This document shows, one piece after another, positions 1 to 13,244 of a DNA stretch of 64,000 bases. The stretch's first letter is position 1, and every line of letters starts with the position of its first letter. The notes beneath the pieces are model-generated. The model worked only from the letters and a program-made list of their open reading frames with translations. It was not told where the DNA came from and did no database searches. The position numbers and the translations under genes were made by a program. The DNA is from Azolla caroliniana (taxonomy: Eukaryota > Plantae > Polypodiophyta), in assembly GCA_043228905.1 (NCBI GenBank), contig JBHGNT010000001.1, positions 30,194,001-30,258,000 of the forward strand, given 5' to 3'.

Positions 1-3000
1 GTTATGAGAAAATGGCACTCATAGTCCGGGATTATGTAAACACACTGATGGAGAAGTATCCATACTGGAACAGAACCCTAGGAGCAGATCATTTTTTTGT
101 AACATGTCATGATGTTGGGGTGCGAGCAACAGAGAATGTCACACATCTTGTTAAGAACTCAATTAGGGTTGTCTGCTCACCTAGTTATAATGTGGGTTTC
201 ATTCCTCACAAGGATGTAGCATTGCCACAGATCTTACAACCATTTGCTCTGCCACAAGGAGGAGATGACATAAAAAACAGGTAGTTGTATTCTTCTATTT
301 ATTTTAGGCAAGTTAAGTTTTTTGCATGTCATCATTTGTGATGACGACATTCTGAAGGATAGGAGTCCTAGGATATAAAAATGGGTGATTTATTGCCAAA
401 TGGCTCAATTTTGATCATTTTGCCAAAATTTGGTTATTTTAATGATCGAGTCTTTTGATAGATTCTCCAAAATGTGCAATTGCACGTAGTACTTGACAAA
501 ATAAGATATTGTGAAAATATGAAAGATTAGACCAAATTTATACACCTTTTGAGTTTCATAACCCATAAATAACCACCTCCCCATTTATGTTTAGTAAGAC
601 CATAAAATTCCCTGACTTTTTATCATGAACAGGACAATTTTAGGATTCTGGGCTGGTCATCGGAATTCCAAGATCAGAGTTATACTTGCAAGGATGTGGG
701 AGAATGATACAGTGCTTTCTATCAGCAACAATCGAATTAGCAGGGCCACTGGGGAACTTGTGTATCAAAAGCAGTTCTATAGAAGCAAATTTTGTATATG
801 CCCTGGAGGTTCACAGGTCAACAGTGCTCGTATTGCAGACTCGATCCATTATGCATGTGTTCCTGGTAATATTCTTTCACACTCCCTTTCTGTCTCTTTT
901 CTTTTGTGTAACTAGCATTTCCTTGCGTGTAGATTCCCATCAACAGAATATTACTTTATACACCCACTTATTTGGAAGAGCTTTTGTTCCTTTGGTTAAA
1001 GGCACAATAGCTTACATATCATGTCTGTAGAAGAACGGATACCTTCTAAAATAAATAGACTGCATACCTGATGACCCAATTTCTCTGGCATTGGTTCTAT
1101 TTCAGGAAGCATATAAATTTCAGCATTTTCTGGCTTCTGCAAACAATGTTTAGCATATTGTCCATGCTGTTCAGCATCTTTGTCGTGTTTTCCAAGACCA
1201 GCACCTGCATCATGTTGTCCATCACCCTTAATAACACTTCTTACCTGTCCAGCTTCTGGCTTAAATATTACCAGCTGATCACAATTTCAGCCTTCCATAA
1301 AGCATTATGAGGCAGATTCTCAAACTTAATGGGTAACCATATCTTGTAGGCTATGTCACTGTCATCACAATAGCCCGTAAAGGCGCTCTTGGTGGACTTG
1401 GAATAAAGGTTATTTCTTTTCTCATGCCTAAGTCATACAGACACTTCTCCCCAATATCAATGAGGGATATTAGCAGTGGACAACATGCACCACACACTCA
1501 AACACAAGGTCCTGTTACATCTTTCCCACCACACTGAAGAAGAGCTGCATAAAATTGTAAGTTCTCTTTTGAGACCAGGCAAATCCGAAAAGAACTTAAA
1601 CTCTGCAGTGTGAAATTCACCACCATTTTCTGTTCTCTGATATTTTGCAAATGCATAAAAAACTTAAATGGAGCAACTGGATCATTTTTCTTTTTCGACA
1701 AATACACCCAAATGTTTTTGGAACGTTCATTAATCATTGAATAAAATATGCAGGACCTCCCATAGATTTTACAGACTTCTATACACATTTGAATGCACCA
1801 AATCCAAGACAAGAGGCTTGTGAGAGACCCAAAATAATAAGAACTTCTCACATGTTTACCAAATTGACAATCATACAAAAGTCAAGGTTTGAGCCCTTAC
1901 CCTTTTCAAAGAAAATAGGACTTTAAGTCCATTTTTGGCTCATATAGCCCAACCTCATATGCCAAAGCTCTACATGAGATCTAATCTCAGTAATAGCAAG
2001 ATTTTTCTACGTAAGACTTTGCAAGCAAATAATAGTGTGCCCTTGATAGCAAGCATAGACCCTTAAGGTTCCAGAATCCTCCACCAAAGAGTGTGGTGCA
2101 ACCACGCAAAACCATCACTCATATTATTAGCTAATTTTTCTTGATACTAAGTTTATATCTGACGTCTTTGAGTACATACTACTGTCTATCATCCAAAACA
2201 AATCTATGGTGCCAATCATTGCAAACATTATTATTGCCCAGGTAAACCTTGCCATAATTGCTTGCATCAAATGTGGCAAAAATCTCTGAGCATGGAGTGA
2301 CATGAATTGAAGCACTTGAATCATCACTTGATGATAATGCATCAATAACATAAGACTAGGATTATTGCTCAGAGAAACCACATGTTTCCAATTTGGCAGT
2401 GTCATGATTAAGAAAATAACACTCAGCTTGTCCTCAAAATCAAAGTTTGCATCCTTCAGCAACGGATTCAGAATACCTATAAATATTCAAGTGCTCAGAG
2501 GCTGTCTTGGACGCATCCAGTTGCATATTCACCAAATTCTGCATCAAATGCACCTGATTGAAAGGTGTGGTGATATCATTTATTGTCTTCAACTTCTCCC
2601 AATATATGTTTCCAATTTGGCAGTGTCATGATTAAGAAAATAACACTCAGCTTGTCCTCAAAATCAAAGTTTGCATCCTTCAGCAACGGATTCAGAATAC
2701 CTATAAATATTCAAGTGCTCAGAGGCTGTCTTGGACGCATCCAGTTGCATATTCACCAAATTCTGCATCAAATGCACCTGATTGAAAGGTGTGGTGATAT
2801 CATTTAATGTCTTCAACTTCTCCCAATATAGCTTAGCCTGTATCCAAGCAATTGATATTTGTCAAGATATAATCATTGACACCCATTTTGATGAAGGCCA
2901 AAACTTTCTTGTTCACCCTAACCCAATCCTCATCAGATATCTATCTATTCAGGCTTGTTTACTTGCAAACCATCTTTACAGTCTTTTAAGAAAAGAATAC

Positions 3001-4433
3001 CCAAAAAAAACCTGAACTATCAAACTGTTTGATTTCACAACCGGCTACTCGTTTTAGGTGTACCAAGATGCAATGTGTTGGTGCACAAAGAATATATTTT
3101 AGGGTGCATTCTCATTTACAAATGAATAATACCCTGAAGTGTACAAAGGGCCTTTACACCCAACAACTTCAAAAGTTGATCATGGATGGTGAGAACAGTT
3201 TTTAGGAAAAATCCAACTAAGGAATCTGGGTTCAGAGCGGAATGATTGAAAGCATGCAGATAAGTTGAGTTTATGAGAAATTAAGGAGTTTTATAGCTTA
3301 ATGTAGATTCTGAAGGCCAAGTACCCTTTGTTTCTGTGTGATCAAATAAACACTTGCACTATGTCAGGTAGAAAGCTAGTCCTCAATCGAGCTGATCTTT
3401 CCATTGGTTCCAAGAAAGAAGCAAGTTGTTCCTCTATTGTGTGTCCCACAATTATTTCCATTGTGCATGATCAGTCTAATCTACATTTTCCTTGTTTCCT
3501 TTACTGCTTGTGTAGTTGTTTTCCTTGGCATTCCAAGTAATCCGAGTCAATATATGATATTTGGGAATTTACAACTACAGCCCCCAGACATGTACATGGA
3601 CATCGGAATCTTCTTCATCTTCCTAATATAAACATGGATTGAGATTATGAAGATGATGCATATAACATCTAGCATATATATGATATGCTATTAGATATTT
3701 GGTTTTTTTTGGAACTTTTATATCTTCCAATCTTGTTTTCAAGTTTTAAATCGGAACTAATGTGAAGCTCTCAAATATAATGTGTTTAGATGTGTATTAG
3801 TATATTCATGAATATTTCTTTGTTGGCACAACAGAGAAACCTAATAAATAAGATAATTTTTGTTAATGTGCGAGGTAATCTGACAACATTTATGTATTTT
3901 TGTGTTGCAGTGATTCTCTCAGACTATTACGATTTGCCTTTCAATGATATCTTGAACTGGCGTAGATTTTCAATAATTCTCAAAGAGCAAGATGTTACTA
4001 ACTTGAAGGCTGTTCTGCAGTCAGTCTCGGATGAGCAATATGCAGCCTTGCATCATTCTCTTCGTCGAGTAAGTGTTGTCAACTCGCATATTTGAATATA
4101 TTAGTGTCTTCAATATTTCAAGAAAATTGCATCAGAATTGGAGAAATAAGGTATCTGATTAGTTATTTGATTATTTCAAGAAAGGAGAAATAAAGTAGCG
4201 ATAAGTCATTTCATTAATTTGATAGTGCATGGCAGTGGACAAAGCCATCTCCCTTGCCTGTTATTGGTTTGTATGAACAATTAAAGTTCATTGAAAAGAA
4301 CTAAGGTACCGATTTTGCATGATATCAGGTGCAAAAGCATTTTGAGTGGCACTCACCACCAGTAAAGTATGATGCCTTCCACATGGTAATGTACGAGCTT
4401 TGGCATCGACACCATGTTGTAAAATATAGCTGA
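1..4433 (+). CDS. Exostosin-family (GT47) glycosyltransferase, 5' end outside window. Exons <1-280, 633-865, 3911-4068, 4329-4433
   Basis: Spliced translation gives GT47 motifs YPYWNRTLGADHFFVTCHDVG, GFWAGHRNSKIR, SKFCICPGG, CVPVILSDYYDLPF and VQKHFEWHSPPVKYDAFHMVMYELW. All junctions are GT-AG and keep frame. TGA at 4431-4433. Confidence 0.93.
1060..3020 (-). mobile_element. Degenerate Ty1/copia LTR-retrotransposon internal remnant (gag-protease-integrase) in the exostosin intron, antisense. Boundaries approximate
   Basis: Minus-strand fragments in copia order: gag-like DKLSVIFLIMTLPNWKHVVSLSN (~2370-2430), protease-like VEDSGT (~2070-2085), integrase CQFGKHVRSSY / LDLVHSNV / RSKNIWVYLSKKKND (~1680-1875) and KSTKSAFTGYCDDSDIAYKIWLP (~1335-1400). 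Many stops and frameshifts. No LTRs or RT recognised. Confidence 0.75.
2382..2830. repeat. Near-perfect tandem duplication, 2 x 224 bp, inside the copia remnant
   Basis: ATGTTTCCAATTTGGCAGTG starts at 2382 and 2606. I found one mismatch (TTTATTGT vs TTTAATGT). Confidence 0.95.
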
Positions 4434-6110
4434 AAAAGAGAGCTTCTATTTTTTTTGTCCATTTTCAAGGATCTATGCTTGGAGATTGAGGTCATCTTTA
4501 AACCCAGACCAGTGCACAATATTTGAGAGTGGTTGTGTCGTCATGCGAAGTTTGAGTCCACATATGTATGTTTTAATAATAAACTTCAATTACTCACAGG
4601 AAACTAGCGCGATTGTTGCCTCCACTTATATAATTGTTCACTTCAAGCTAAAGATTAATTCATTTTATCCAATATTGACGAAGTCTACTTGTCCAGCTCA
4701 TACATATCGAGAACACTAAAAATTGTTGTGACTTGTGAGGAATTTTACACACAGAATAAGAGAATGAAGGCACTAAACTAAATCTTTAGCGAAGCTGTAT
4801 CATGGTAAGTGTAAAGGTGATCTGTAACTGATGATGATCCAATGGGAGCTTGATAGTTCCTTTTAACATAATGTTAACATATATTTTGTTTTTGATGAAA
4901 TGAGCAGTTTCCTTGTTTAGATTCAAGCTTGGATAAGCAATGAGCATCCAGTTTGCTTTTTTCTTGTCAACCACAAAACAAGCTCTCATCACAATTTTAT
5001 TTACTGTCATGTGACAGCCACTTTTTGAAGATCTTGATCATTGCATAGATATCATCAAAGTTAAAATAAGGACTTCCCTTGGTTCATAGCCATCACATGC
5101 CACTGACATTTCAATTGTAATATGATGTAATAAAATGTAATACCAAAATATCCTCCATAGCACCACTGTGAATAAATAAAATACCACCAAAATGAAAATG
5201 ACTACGCTTGGTTCATGGACATCACATCCTGCTGACATGTTAATCATAACTTAATGATAAGCTTTGTTTTCCGTTTCCATTCTCCTCCCATTAGATAAAC
5301 CACCTTCCATTAGGGATTCCCTTTGAATTTTGCTATGGTGGGAGATTGGGTTGTTGTTTGTGTTTTAATATTAAAATCATATCTTCTGCACTGGCCAGAC
5401 GGAGATGCCTTTAACTTTCATTTGCATACACTCCTCTTAGTTTTCAAATGGTAAAATATTTCAGTTTCTTTTTAATAAAGCATCTTATCATAGTAAGAAT
5501 ATGTACAATCTCAGTTCTCCTGATGTGTATGTTAACTGACTCGCTTCTGTACATTTAATCACCTAATAAGCCAACATATGTTATTCAGTCATAATGTGGA
5601 ATCACATAATCTATGTTGTTCTAACAAGTAACATGATACAATGACAAGTAATATGAAATCTTATCTCTCATGTGAACCAGCATGAAATGTTCCATTATCA
5701 TACATTTGCACATCTCTTGTAAGTAAATGCAAATAAGGTTTTCTACCCTGTGTTTGATTTACTAATGACAGAAGTTACTTTTTTGCCCATGAAACGATAG
5801 GAAATACCAAATTATATTTATTAATGGTTCAAGTTTCTTTTCTCCATGAAATAATAGGATTAGCATATTTTGTTCACTTTACAAATATACAGAAAGTATA
5901 TTTGTAGTTGGTAAGTTAGAAAATTCAACCTGAATTTTGTGAATGAGAACATATTTTTTCCAGACATTAATCCTGAAGCAAGGAGTACTTGTTCTCCCAT
6001 TAATTGATTTTACATTTTCGATGGCCAAGTAGTAGTAGTTAGTAATTTAATCACCACAAGCCATGGTCAAGACATGATAGGAAACATAGTTTTATGAACA
6101 ATTCCCTTTT

Positions 6111-8585
6111 TTATGTTTTTGCGAATTTACTTTGCATCATGCTTAACAAACACGAGGCATCCTCTACCATGCCAGCTGCAGTGTACAAGTTTGTTAACAA
6201 TACATAAGGTTGATGGTTTTGTGGATATGACTCAAAGAGATGACAAGCAGCAATCTCAGCTCGTTCTACATCAATTTTGCATCTACAAGCACCAAGAAAA
6301 GCCATCCATGCATTATAGGTTGGTGGAAACGGCATTTTCATCATCAAACTCTGGGCTTCTTCAATACATCCTGACTTCCCCAACAAATCAATCATGCAAC
6401 TATAATGGTCAGGATTTGGTACAATCCCATAGTTCTTACTCATGACCTCAAACCAATGTTTCCCATCATCAGCCAATCCACTGCGATTACATGCTGTTAA
6501 GACATTGAGAAAAGTAACCTCGTCAGGTACTACAAGTTTTCGCATCTCATCAAAGAGTAACAGAGATTTCTTTCCTTGGCCATGCTCACCATAAACTCCT
6601 ATGATTGATGTCCATGAAATCACATCTCGGTCTAACATTTTATCAAATATACTCCTAGCAAAGCTCAAACTGCCACACTTGCCATACATGTTTATGAGTG
6701 CATTCCCTACAATCACATCTAGACCATACCCACAACTTAATATGATGCAATGTATACGTTCTCCATCAGCCAAAGATGCTGGTTCAGCAAATGCATTAAG
6801 CATACCAACAAAGGTAGGTTCAGTTGGTGTCATTCCTTCCCATAACATTTGATCGAAAAGCATAAGTGCCTTTTTCCTCCTGCCAAGATTTGCATATGAA
6901 GCAATAAGAGCATTCCAAGTTATGAGATTACATTGGGGTATTTTGTCAAAGACCTTTTGGGCATAGTCAAGGTTACCACATTTTCCATACATACTAATGA
7001 GGGAACTACCTAAAAATTCATCCAATTTTATAGTGTCACTTTCTGTTACGCAAATGCAAGCATGCATTTGGATACCTAATGACAAAGCATTTTCAGCAGC
7101 ACAAGCATCGAAATAGCCATATAAAGTTACCTTATCAACTTCAAATCCTTCTTGCTTCATTTGAGCAAAGACTTGAAGAGCTTCTTTGCCATGTTCACGT
7201 TTTGCATAAGCTGTGATCATGGTGTTCCAAGTCACAATATTTTTTTCAAGGATTCCATCAAATATACCACTGGCATCATGAAGTTTACTGCATTTCTCAT
7301 ACATATTGATAAGGGCATTCGCAAGAGTAACATCATGATGAAATGTACTTGCTTCGATGCAAGAGTGAACATATTTTCCATGAACCAAATCCACACCATT
7401 AGAGCATGCATCGATGGTTGTTAGAAATGTAACCTTGTCTGGTAAAATGCAATATTGCTGCATTTGGTGGTAGTTATGTAAAGCTTCTTTGTTTCGATCA
7501 CATCGAACAAATGCAGTAATACTTGCATTCCAAGCTATTACATTCCACTCTGATGATTCATGGAGCATTTCCAAAGCAAACTTAAGGCTACCACACTTAC
7601 CATACATATCAGCGTAGGCTGTTCTCACAACCACATCACCAACATATCCATTGGCCAACATGATGGCATGCATCTGCTTTCCTTCTCGAAGCTCTACGAG
7701 GATCGAGGCAATGGCAATGTATGTAACCCGGTTTGGCAAATGCCCTTCTTCTTGCATTTGACAGAAAAGTTGAAACGTCATCTTTCTCTTATCGCTATAG
7801 TGAGAATATGCCGAAATCAAGGCTGTCCAAGTAATGACATTCTTATTAGACATATAATCAAACAAGCGTCTTGAATCCTCAACCAGGCCATATTTGGCAT
7901 ACATATTGACTAGAGACGTGGCTAGAATAACATCTACTACAAACGCATGCCACATTTGCCGAGCATGAATCCTGATACCATATATCACATCTGATAAGCC
8001 AATGCTAGCACTAACCAAGGTTATATAAGTAACCTTATCTGGCAAAACGCCTTCTAACAACATTTTCTCAAAGATCACCATAGCCAATCTTTCTTCACCT
8101 TGTTCAATTACCATTTTTAACATAACATTCCACAAAGAAGTGTTTTGCGGCTTTGTATGCATTCTATGAAAGAATGCAATAGAATCTTCCATAGCGTCGC
8201 ATTTGCAGTACATTTCTAGAAGAAGGTTTCTCAACGATTCATGCATTTCAAGTCCATTTCCATGCGAAATGATGTGGATATGGACGAGCTTACCTTCTTG
8301 GAGAGACCGAGAATTCGAATAGAGCTGGAGGAGAGATTCATAAGTGGAAGGATCCACAGGAATGTCCAACCTATCAAGACCTTCGAGAATCCTCCTGGCT
8401 GAAGAAAAGGGATATCCACGCTTGTCCTGGTGTAGGGAGATCGGGCTTTCAACAACATCTCCTTCATCCTTTGAGCCAGGGTAAGGGTTATAATGCAGCG
8501 AGGCTCTCCACGAATGCTTAGTAGAGAAGGAGGGAAGGGAAGGGAGAAGGAGAACCTTGAAACCATGTCTAGCTTTCTTCTGCAT
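6111..8585 (-). CDS. PLS-class pentatricopeptide repeat protein with C-terminal E region and no DYW domain. Intronless, 824 aa, probable organellar RNA-editing specificity factor
   Basis: Repeated P-L-S motifs (NALINMYGKCG, VISWTSII, PDKVTF). Ends YSCMIDLLGKSG...WMAFLGACR...YVLLTNLYTAAG then stops, with no HxE/CxxC deaminase motifs. The N-terminus is rich in S/R/K/L, like a transit peptide. Confidence 0.95.
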   Translation of the reverse strand: MQKKARHGFKVLLLPSLPSFSTKHSWRASLHYNPYPGSKDEGDVVESPISLHQDKRGYPFSSARRILEGLDRLDIPVDPSTYESLLQLYSNSRSLQEGKLVHIHIISHGNGLEMHESLRNLLLEMYCKCDAMEDSIAFFHRMHTKPQNTSLWNVMLKMVIEQGEERLAMVIFEKMLLEGVLPDKVTYITLVSASIGLSDVIYGIRIHARQMWHAFVVDVILATSLVNMYAKYGLVEDSRRLFDYMSNKNVITWTALISAYSHYSDKRKMTFQLFCQMQEEGHLPNRVTYIAIASILVELREGKQMHAIMLANGYVGDVVVRTAYADMYGKCGSLKFALEMLHESSEWNVIAWNASITAFVRCDRNKEALHNYHQMQQYCILPDKVTFLTTIDACSNGVDLVHGKYVHSCIEASTFHHDVTLANALINMYEKCSKLHDASGIFDGILEKNIVTWNTMITAYAKREHGKEALQVFAQMKQEGFEVDKVTLYGYFDACAAENALSLGIQMHACICVTESDTIKLDEFLGSSLISMYGKCGNLDYAQKVFDKIPQCNLITWNALIASYANLGRRKKALMLFDQMLWEGMTPTEPTFVGMLNAFAEPASLADGERIHCIILSCGYGLDVIVGNALINMYGKCGSLSFARSIFDKMLDRDVISWTSIIGVYGEHGQGKKSLLLFDEMRKLVVPDEVTFLNVLTACNRSGLADDGKHWFEVMSKNYGIVPNPDHYSCMIDLLGKSGCIEEAQSLMMKMPFPPTYNAWMAFLGACRCKIDVERAEIAACHLFESYPQNHQPYVLLTNLYTAAGMVEDASCLLSMMQSKFAKT

Positions 8586-10048
8586 GGGAATGAAGGATCC
8601 ATTGGTCGGTCACATGACAAGAGAATTCAAATCCTTAATTCTCTTTTACTGCATAGTATGTGTGTAATTTTGATAAAAACTGAAGCCATAGACCAAAGCC
8701 TTTCTCTGTCTGCTTGCTCTTTTTACTATTAGTATGTATGTAATTTGAAAAAACTGAAGCCATGGACAAAAGTCACACACTATGGGCATGGTGTGGTGGC
8801 CACAAATTCCCCCCACCATTCTATCTTGTCTTGTCTGTTGGCTCGTGATTGGACCTCCTGAGAGTGTGTCCCAAGTCGATATAAGCTCACGATACTACGC
8901 AAGCATGTGTGGGATGGGTTGTATGTGTGCACTTGAAACTAGTCGGTATCTATCTTACGAGTTTGTTTTTGACATATACTTTCTAGCTTGAGGTGCTCCG
9001 CACAAAATTTTGAGAGTCTAAATAACTTTTTGATATTGAAATCTTTTTAGAGAGAGAAAACAACTACTCTCCATCTTCCGACTTACAGGCGAAAAAGTGG
9101 ACATTCGTTGTCGACACTAAGTTCACGTCTGAAAAGCCTTTTATGTATACATATATGGTTGTGTCTCTATAATGGTATCATCGATACAAAGACCATTATG
9201 TGTGTGTGTGCAAACCACTTTTTGTTAACTAACTTGTACAAGGTAGAGTATGTCACATTTTTAAATCCAACATATCACTAGCTCCTCCCATGCATGTCCC
9301 TACCTCCATCAACATTATACATTGATTTGTAAAGGGAGACCCCGCATAAAAAATTTATACTTTGTAGTTGCTATCAAATGAAGTCGTAATTGGGTGGGAT
9401 GCATAATAATCGTCATGCTTCAACCAAAACCAAAAATCTCATAAATCGAGCCTCAACTATATCACCCACCTCTTTGACTCCTAAACGAAACAAACGATTT
9501 AACTTAGGCCACAATATCTCCTTTCCATGCTAACGTATATAATTAGAAGACACAAGTAACTCCTTTTGCAATGAATTATTGCAATGCTCTCCACTAGACG
9601 ACAATGCACATAAAAATAAAGAAAAACACTTTGTACCATGAGGCAACAAACTATTGAGTACACAAAGAGTTTTATGTGGAATATTTCCATTAAGTAATTA
9701 CCACTAAGATGTCTTAATCCTCTCCTCCCATGTGTTACACCCTCTTTCTCGATGAAACATTTTACAATCAATGTTCGTAGTTGTGACTTGTGAGTATGAA
9801 CATACATCTTGCAATAATGAGACTATGTGAACCATCATATGAATAGATTAAGTACAATATTTATCTCCCCCAAAGCACTTATGGGTTGGTAAATGGTTCC
9901 ATGCAACCCATGTGATCCCCATATTATCCCTCTTTCTCCACAACAAATATAAAGAAGGTTGCAAAATGGAACACAAAGACTGATTGGTTCATATTAGCAA
10001 CGACAAAAATTATAATATCATGGGTTCCATAATACCTTGTACAATTTT

Positions 10049-10168
10049 AAGGCTATGGATAACCTGAAGATACTTTTATGTTTCAAGGGTAAAGCTATTG
10101 AATAACATGATGATACTCTTATGTTTCAAGGGGGTGAAGCTATGGAATAACATGAAGATACTTTGATG
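10049..10168. repeat. Degenerate tandem repeat, about 3 x 43-45 bp
   Basis: AAGCTATGGAATAACATGAAGATACTTTTATGTTT-like unit recurs three times. Confidence 0.75.
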
Positions 10169-10625
10169 TTTTGGTTCTTATAGTATGCTTATAGCATTTT
10201 GGTTTGGTAATATATTCTTTGGTTAAAGTTGAATTACTAGGCCTATAATCAAGCTTCAAATTCTCCCAATAAGTAGATATCACTTTCTAACTAGAAGTAT
10301 TTAATAATTTGTATGTGAGTATAAGCCTCAACTTTTATCAATCATATTAACAAAATTTAAAACACAATTTAGTATTGAAGGTTGTGTATTCAAGTATTTC
10401 GCAAGTAGGTCAAATATGTTGTGAATTCATTTTAAAGATACATCATAGTTTTAGTTTAAGATAATGAATACTAACAAATTTTTGAAGTTTGCTTCTAGAA
10501 ACCAAGGATCAAAATCATTTCCTTGGTCTCTAATGTTCCCTAGAATGATAAGGAAATAGCTACTTACTTTAGATTATCTAAATCATTGTAATGCGAATTT
10601 GGAGTTAATGAAAGAGATCTATATC

Positions 10626-11834
10626 TGAAATCATTAACGCTCTACTGATTAGGGAATCTGCTACTCAAAGGACGACAATGGAGAAATGGATAGGCCACGA
10701 GGAGGAGGGATCTCTGATCCCAAGAGGTAGGGGACCACCAGACAGACTCGAAGGCTCTGAATTGCAAGACACTGAGACACCAACACAGAATAACGCAATT
10801 CGAGTACTCGCGTATACTAGTCATAAATGGATTGTAGATCCTGATCCGATCAAAGTACAACCCAATTGGCATATATGTACTCATGAAAACACATGGCTAC
10901 GTAAGGTCACTTGGGACCCTTTGCAATGGACATGGCGTGATCCCTACACGGGGCAAGAAGCAAACCCATCCCTTTCTTCCAATTCACAACTAGATTGGGT
11001 CACCACATTCTAGCTGCTCAAGCCACCCGAGAACCAGTTGCTACGAAGGTTTGACACACATTTCAAGTTCCTTCCACAATAATCACCAAGTTTTGACAGA
11101 AAATCTGGAAACAACAACACGCGAGGCGTATTACCACGTTTCAATGGCTATTAATACATAAGTCCCTACCGGTGGGAGCATGGCAACATGGGAACCTTAG
11201 CTCTCCTAATTGTGCAGAGTGCCCACATGCAGTAGAATCCATACGACACGCTCTGTGGGACTGCCCAACGTCCCATCGAATATGGCGGGGGGTTGGCCGC
11301 TTGTTGCAATTATGCTAGGTGCAAGGCTCAATCCAGTGGGGAATATATATGTTGGCTATCATGGCAGGCTACAATTGGCAGATACAAGCATCAGGAGGAG
11401 GGGATGACTTTGGTGATAAAAGCACAAGAGGTCATTTTCTCCTCCAGCAGCAATGTCCACTCCATTCCTCTTAATGTCAAATCTCAAGAGGTGTTGGAAT
11501 TGGTCAGCCCAATAACCCTTTGAATTCTATAGAAACAACGATGTAGGTGAGTCTTCTCCAACCAAACCGCACATCCAACAAGATTACTGCAAGAGATATG
11601 GAGTGAAATTGTAGCCACTCTGAAGAGCCAATATGATGGCCTTAAGGGCGGCTCCGAGGGAGTTGAAAGACAACGAATAGCCTTCATCCAACAATGGTCA
11701 TCCTCTCCCTTTCTTGAGTCAGGGGGCCGCCACATAAGATGGAACTATCGCGTCCCTTCAGGGATTTGTACATAATCATCTCATTTGTAAAATTTTATAA
11801 CTAATGGAAGGAGTTTTTTTTTGGAAAAAAGAAG
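10626..11834 (+). mobile_element. 5'-truncated, decayed L1-type LINE (3' end of ORF2 with zf-RVT CCHC finger), flanked by a 14-bp target-site duplication
   Basis: Reads KIWKQQHARRITTFQWLLIHKSLPVGAW...CAECPHAVESIRHALWDC (C-x2-C-x8-H-x4-C) at ~11100-11270 and TL*IL*KQRC at ~11515-11545. AAGAGATCTATATC occurs at 10612-10625 and 11835-11848. The 3' end is A-rich. Confidence 0.85.
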
Positions 11835-13244
11835 AAGAGATCTATATCCTTAACCTTATCCATTGCCCATTTGCCTATTGGCCTTACTTAGTGTGACAAG
11901 CAAAAAGCAAGCTATAGGGACTTGTGTTCAATTTGAAAGGTCATCCTCGATTGATTTCTCTCACTTGTCCATATTGTTACTTTTTCTTAATGCTTTTAAG
12001 AGAAAATATCTTTAAAAGCTCCCATGATATCATAATTTTTGTCAATGAAGAAACAAATACTTGGGTGGGTGGCTTCATTATTAGCATTGCCTCGAGGCAA
12101 CGGTCTTGTTTTTAGCGCTTTTGTTATCAAAAGTGATTTGTAAAACCTTATCCGTATCGTGCACCATCTTTAAGGTATAATAATACCAATAATTCTATTA
12201 GTATATTGTAAGGCAGTGCACTACATTGTCTTCTCCTCTCAGGAGTGATTCATAAATCCAGATGTATTTTCGGGGCCATCCATGACCTTGAACTATAAGT
12301 ATTATTATTATTTATTTATTATAACGAACCTATGAACCTCAAGTCAATATACTCCATCATGTTCACATAAAATGCACAAGAAATTAGACCGATTTTGTCA
12401 AGATGCATGAATGTCAACATGTAATGTTTTCAATACATCGCGCTTTAGTAGGGTAAATGTCTTCGCCACTCAAAATATGTTTGTTGTATTCAATCTTTGG
12501 AAACATGGGGCCGAATAGGAAAAGACAAAATGCTCACTCGTTTTCCTTTTGAAGTTGAGACCACTCTATCTTTGACTTCCATGCCCTCTCATCCCAATCC
12601 AGGAATTCAAAGTCATGTTGCTGATTTTAATGTAAAGGAAAAGGCAGGTTTGCTTGATGATGAATGCTGTACACAACTATGAGGTAGAATAAATATGCTT
12701 TTAAAAACATGGTAATGTTTCCACTACATATCATGTTTTCATTATCTAAACACATAGGTTCTCATAGGGCATTCATTAAGGATTTTAAGCATTCCAAACC
12801 TCCTTTTTTTCAGGCAGGTTATTTTTTATTCCACATATATTTGTAGTCTTCTTTCATTATTATTATTAAATAGAAATGTACAAAAGCAAATGGCGCTCAT
12901 TATAATATAAATAATGCAGGTCAAATTCTAAAGCCACAATCTAAAACATATATATTCAGCATAACTCTATGCCATGCAGTAATACCATGAAATAGCCTAA
13001 TTTGTTTAATCTCTCTAATAACCAACCATACTTAAAAGCGATTGCCTATTTAAGATCGATCATCGATATCTTATCGGTGTTTATTATTATTTGGATCGGT
13101 GTTAATTGCTACACAACATATTGGAGATTGTCTACTTAAAACCCATCTAATAGCATAATTAGAGATAATCAAGTTCTAGATTGGATATCATTAGGATTAA
13201 TTAAATCAACAATAAAAGAAGACTTAGTATAACATATATGATAT

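Noticed and set aside
6113-8732. Several plus-strand and alternate-frame ORFs overlapping the PPR gene
   Set aside because: They are shadow ORFs of a long coding sequence and have no recognisable motifs.
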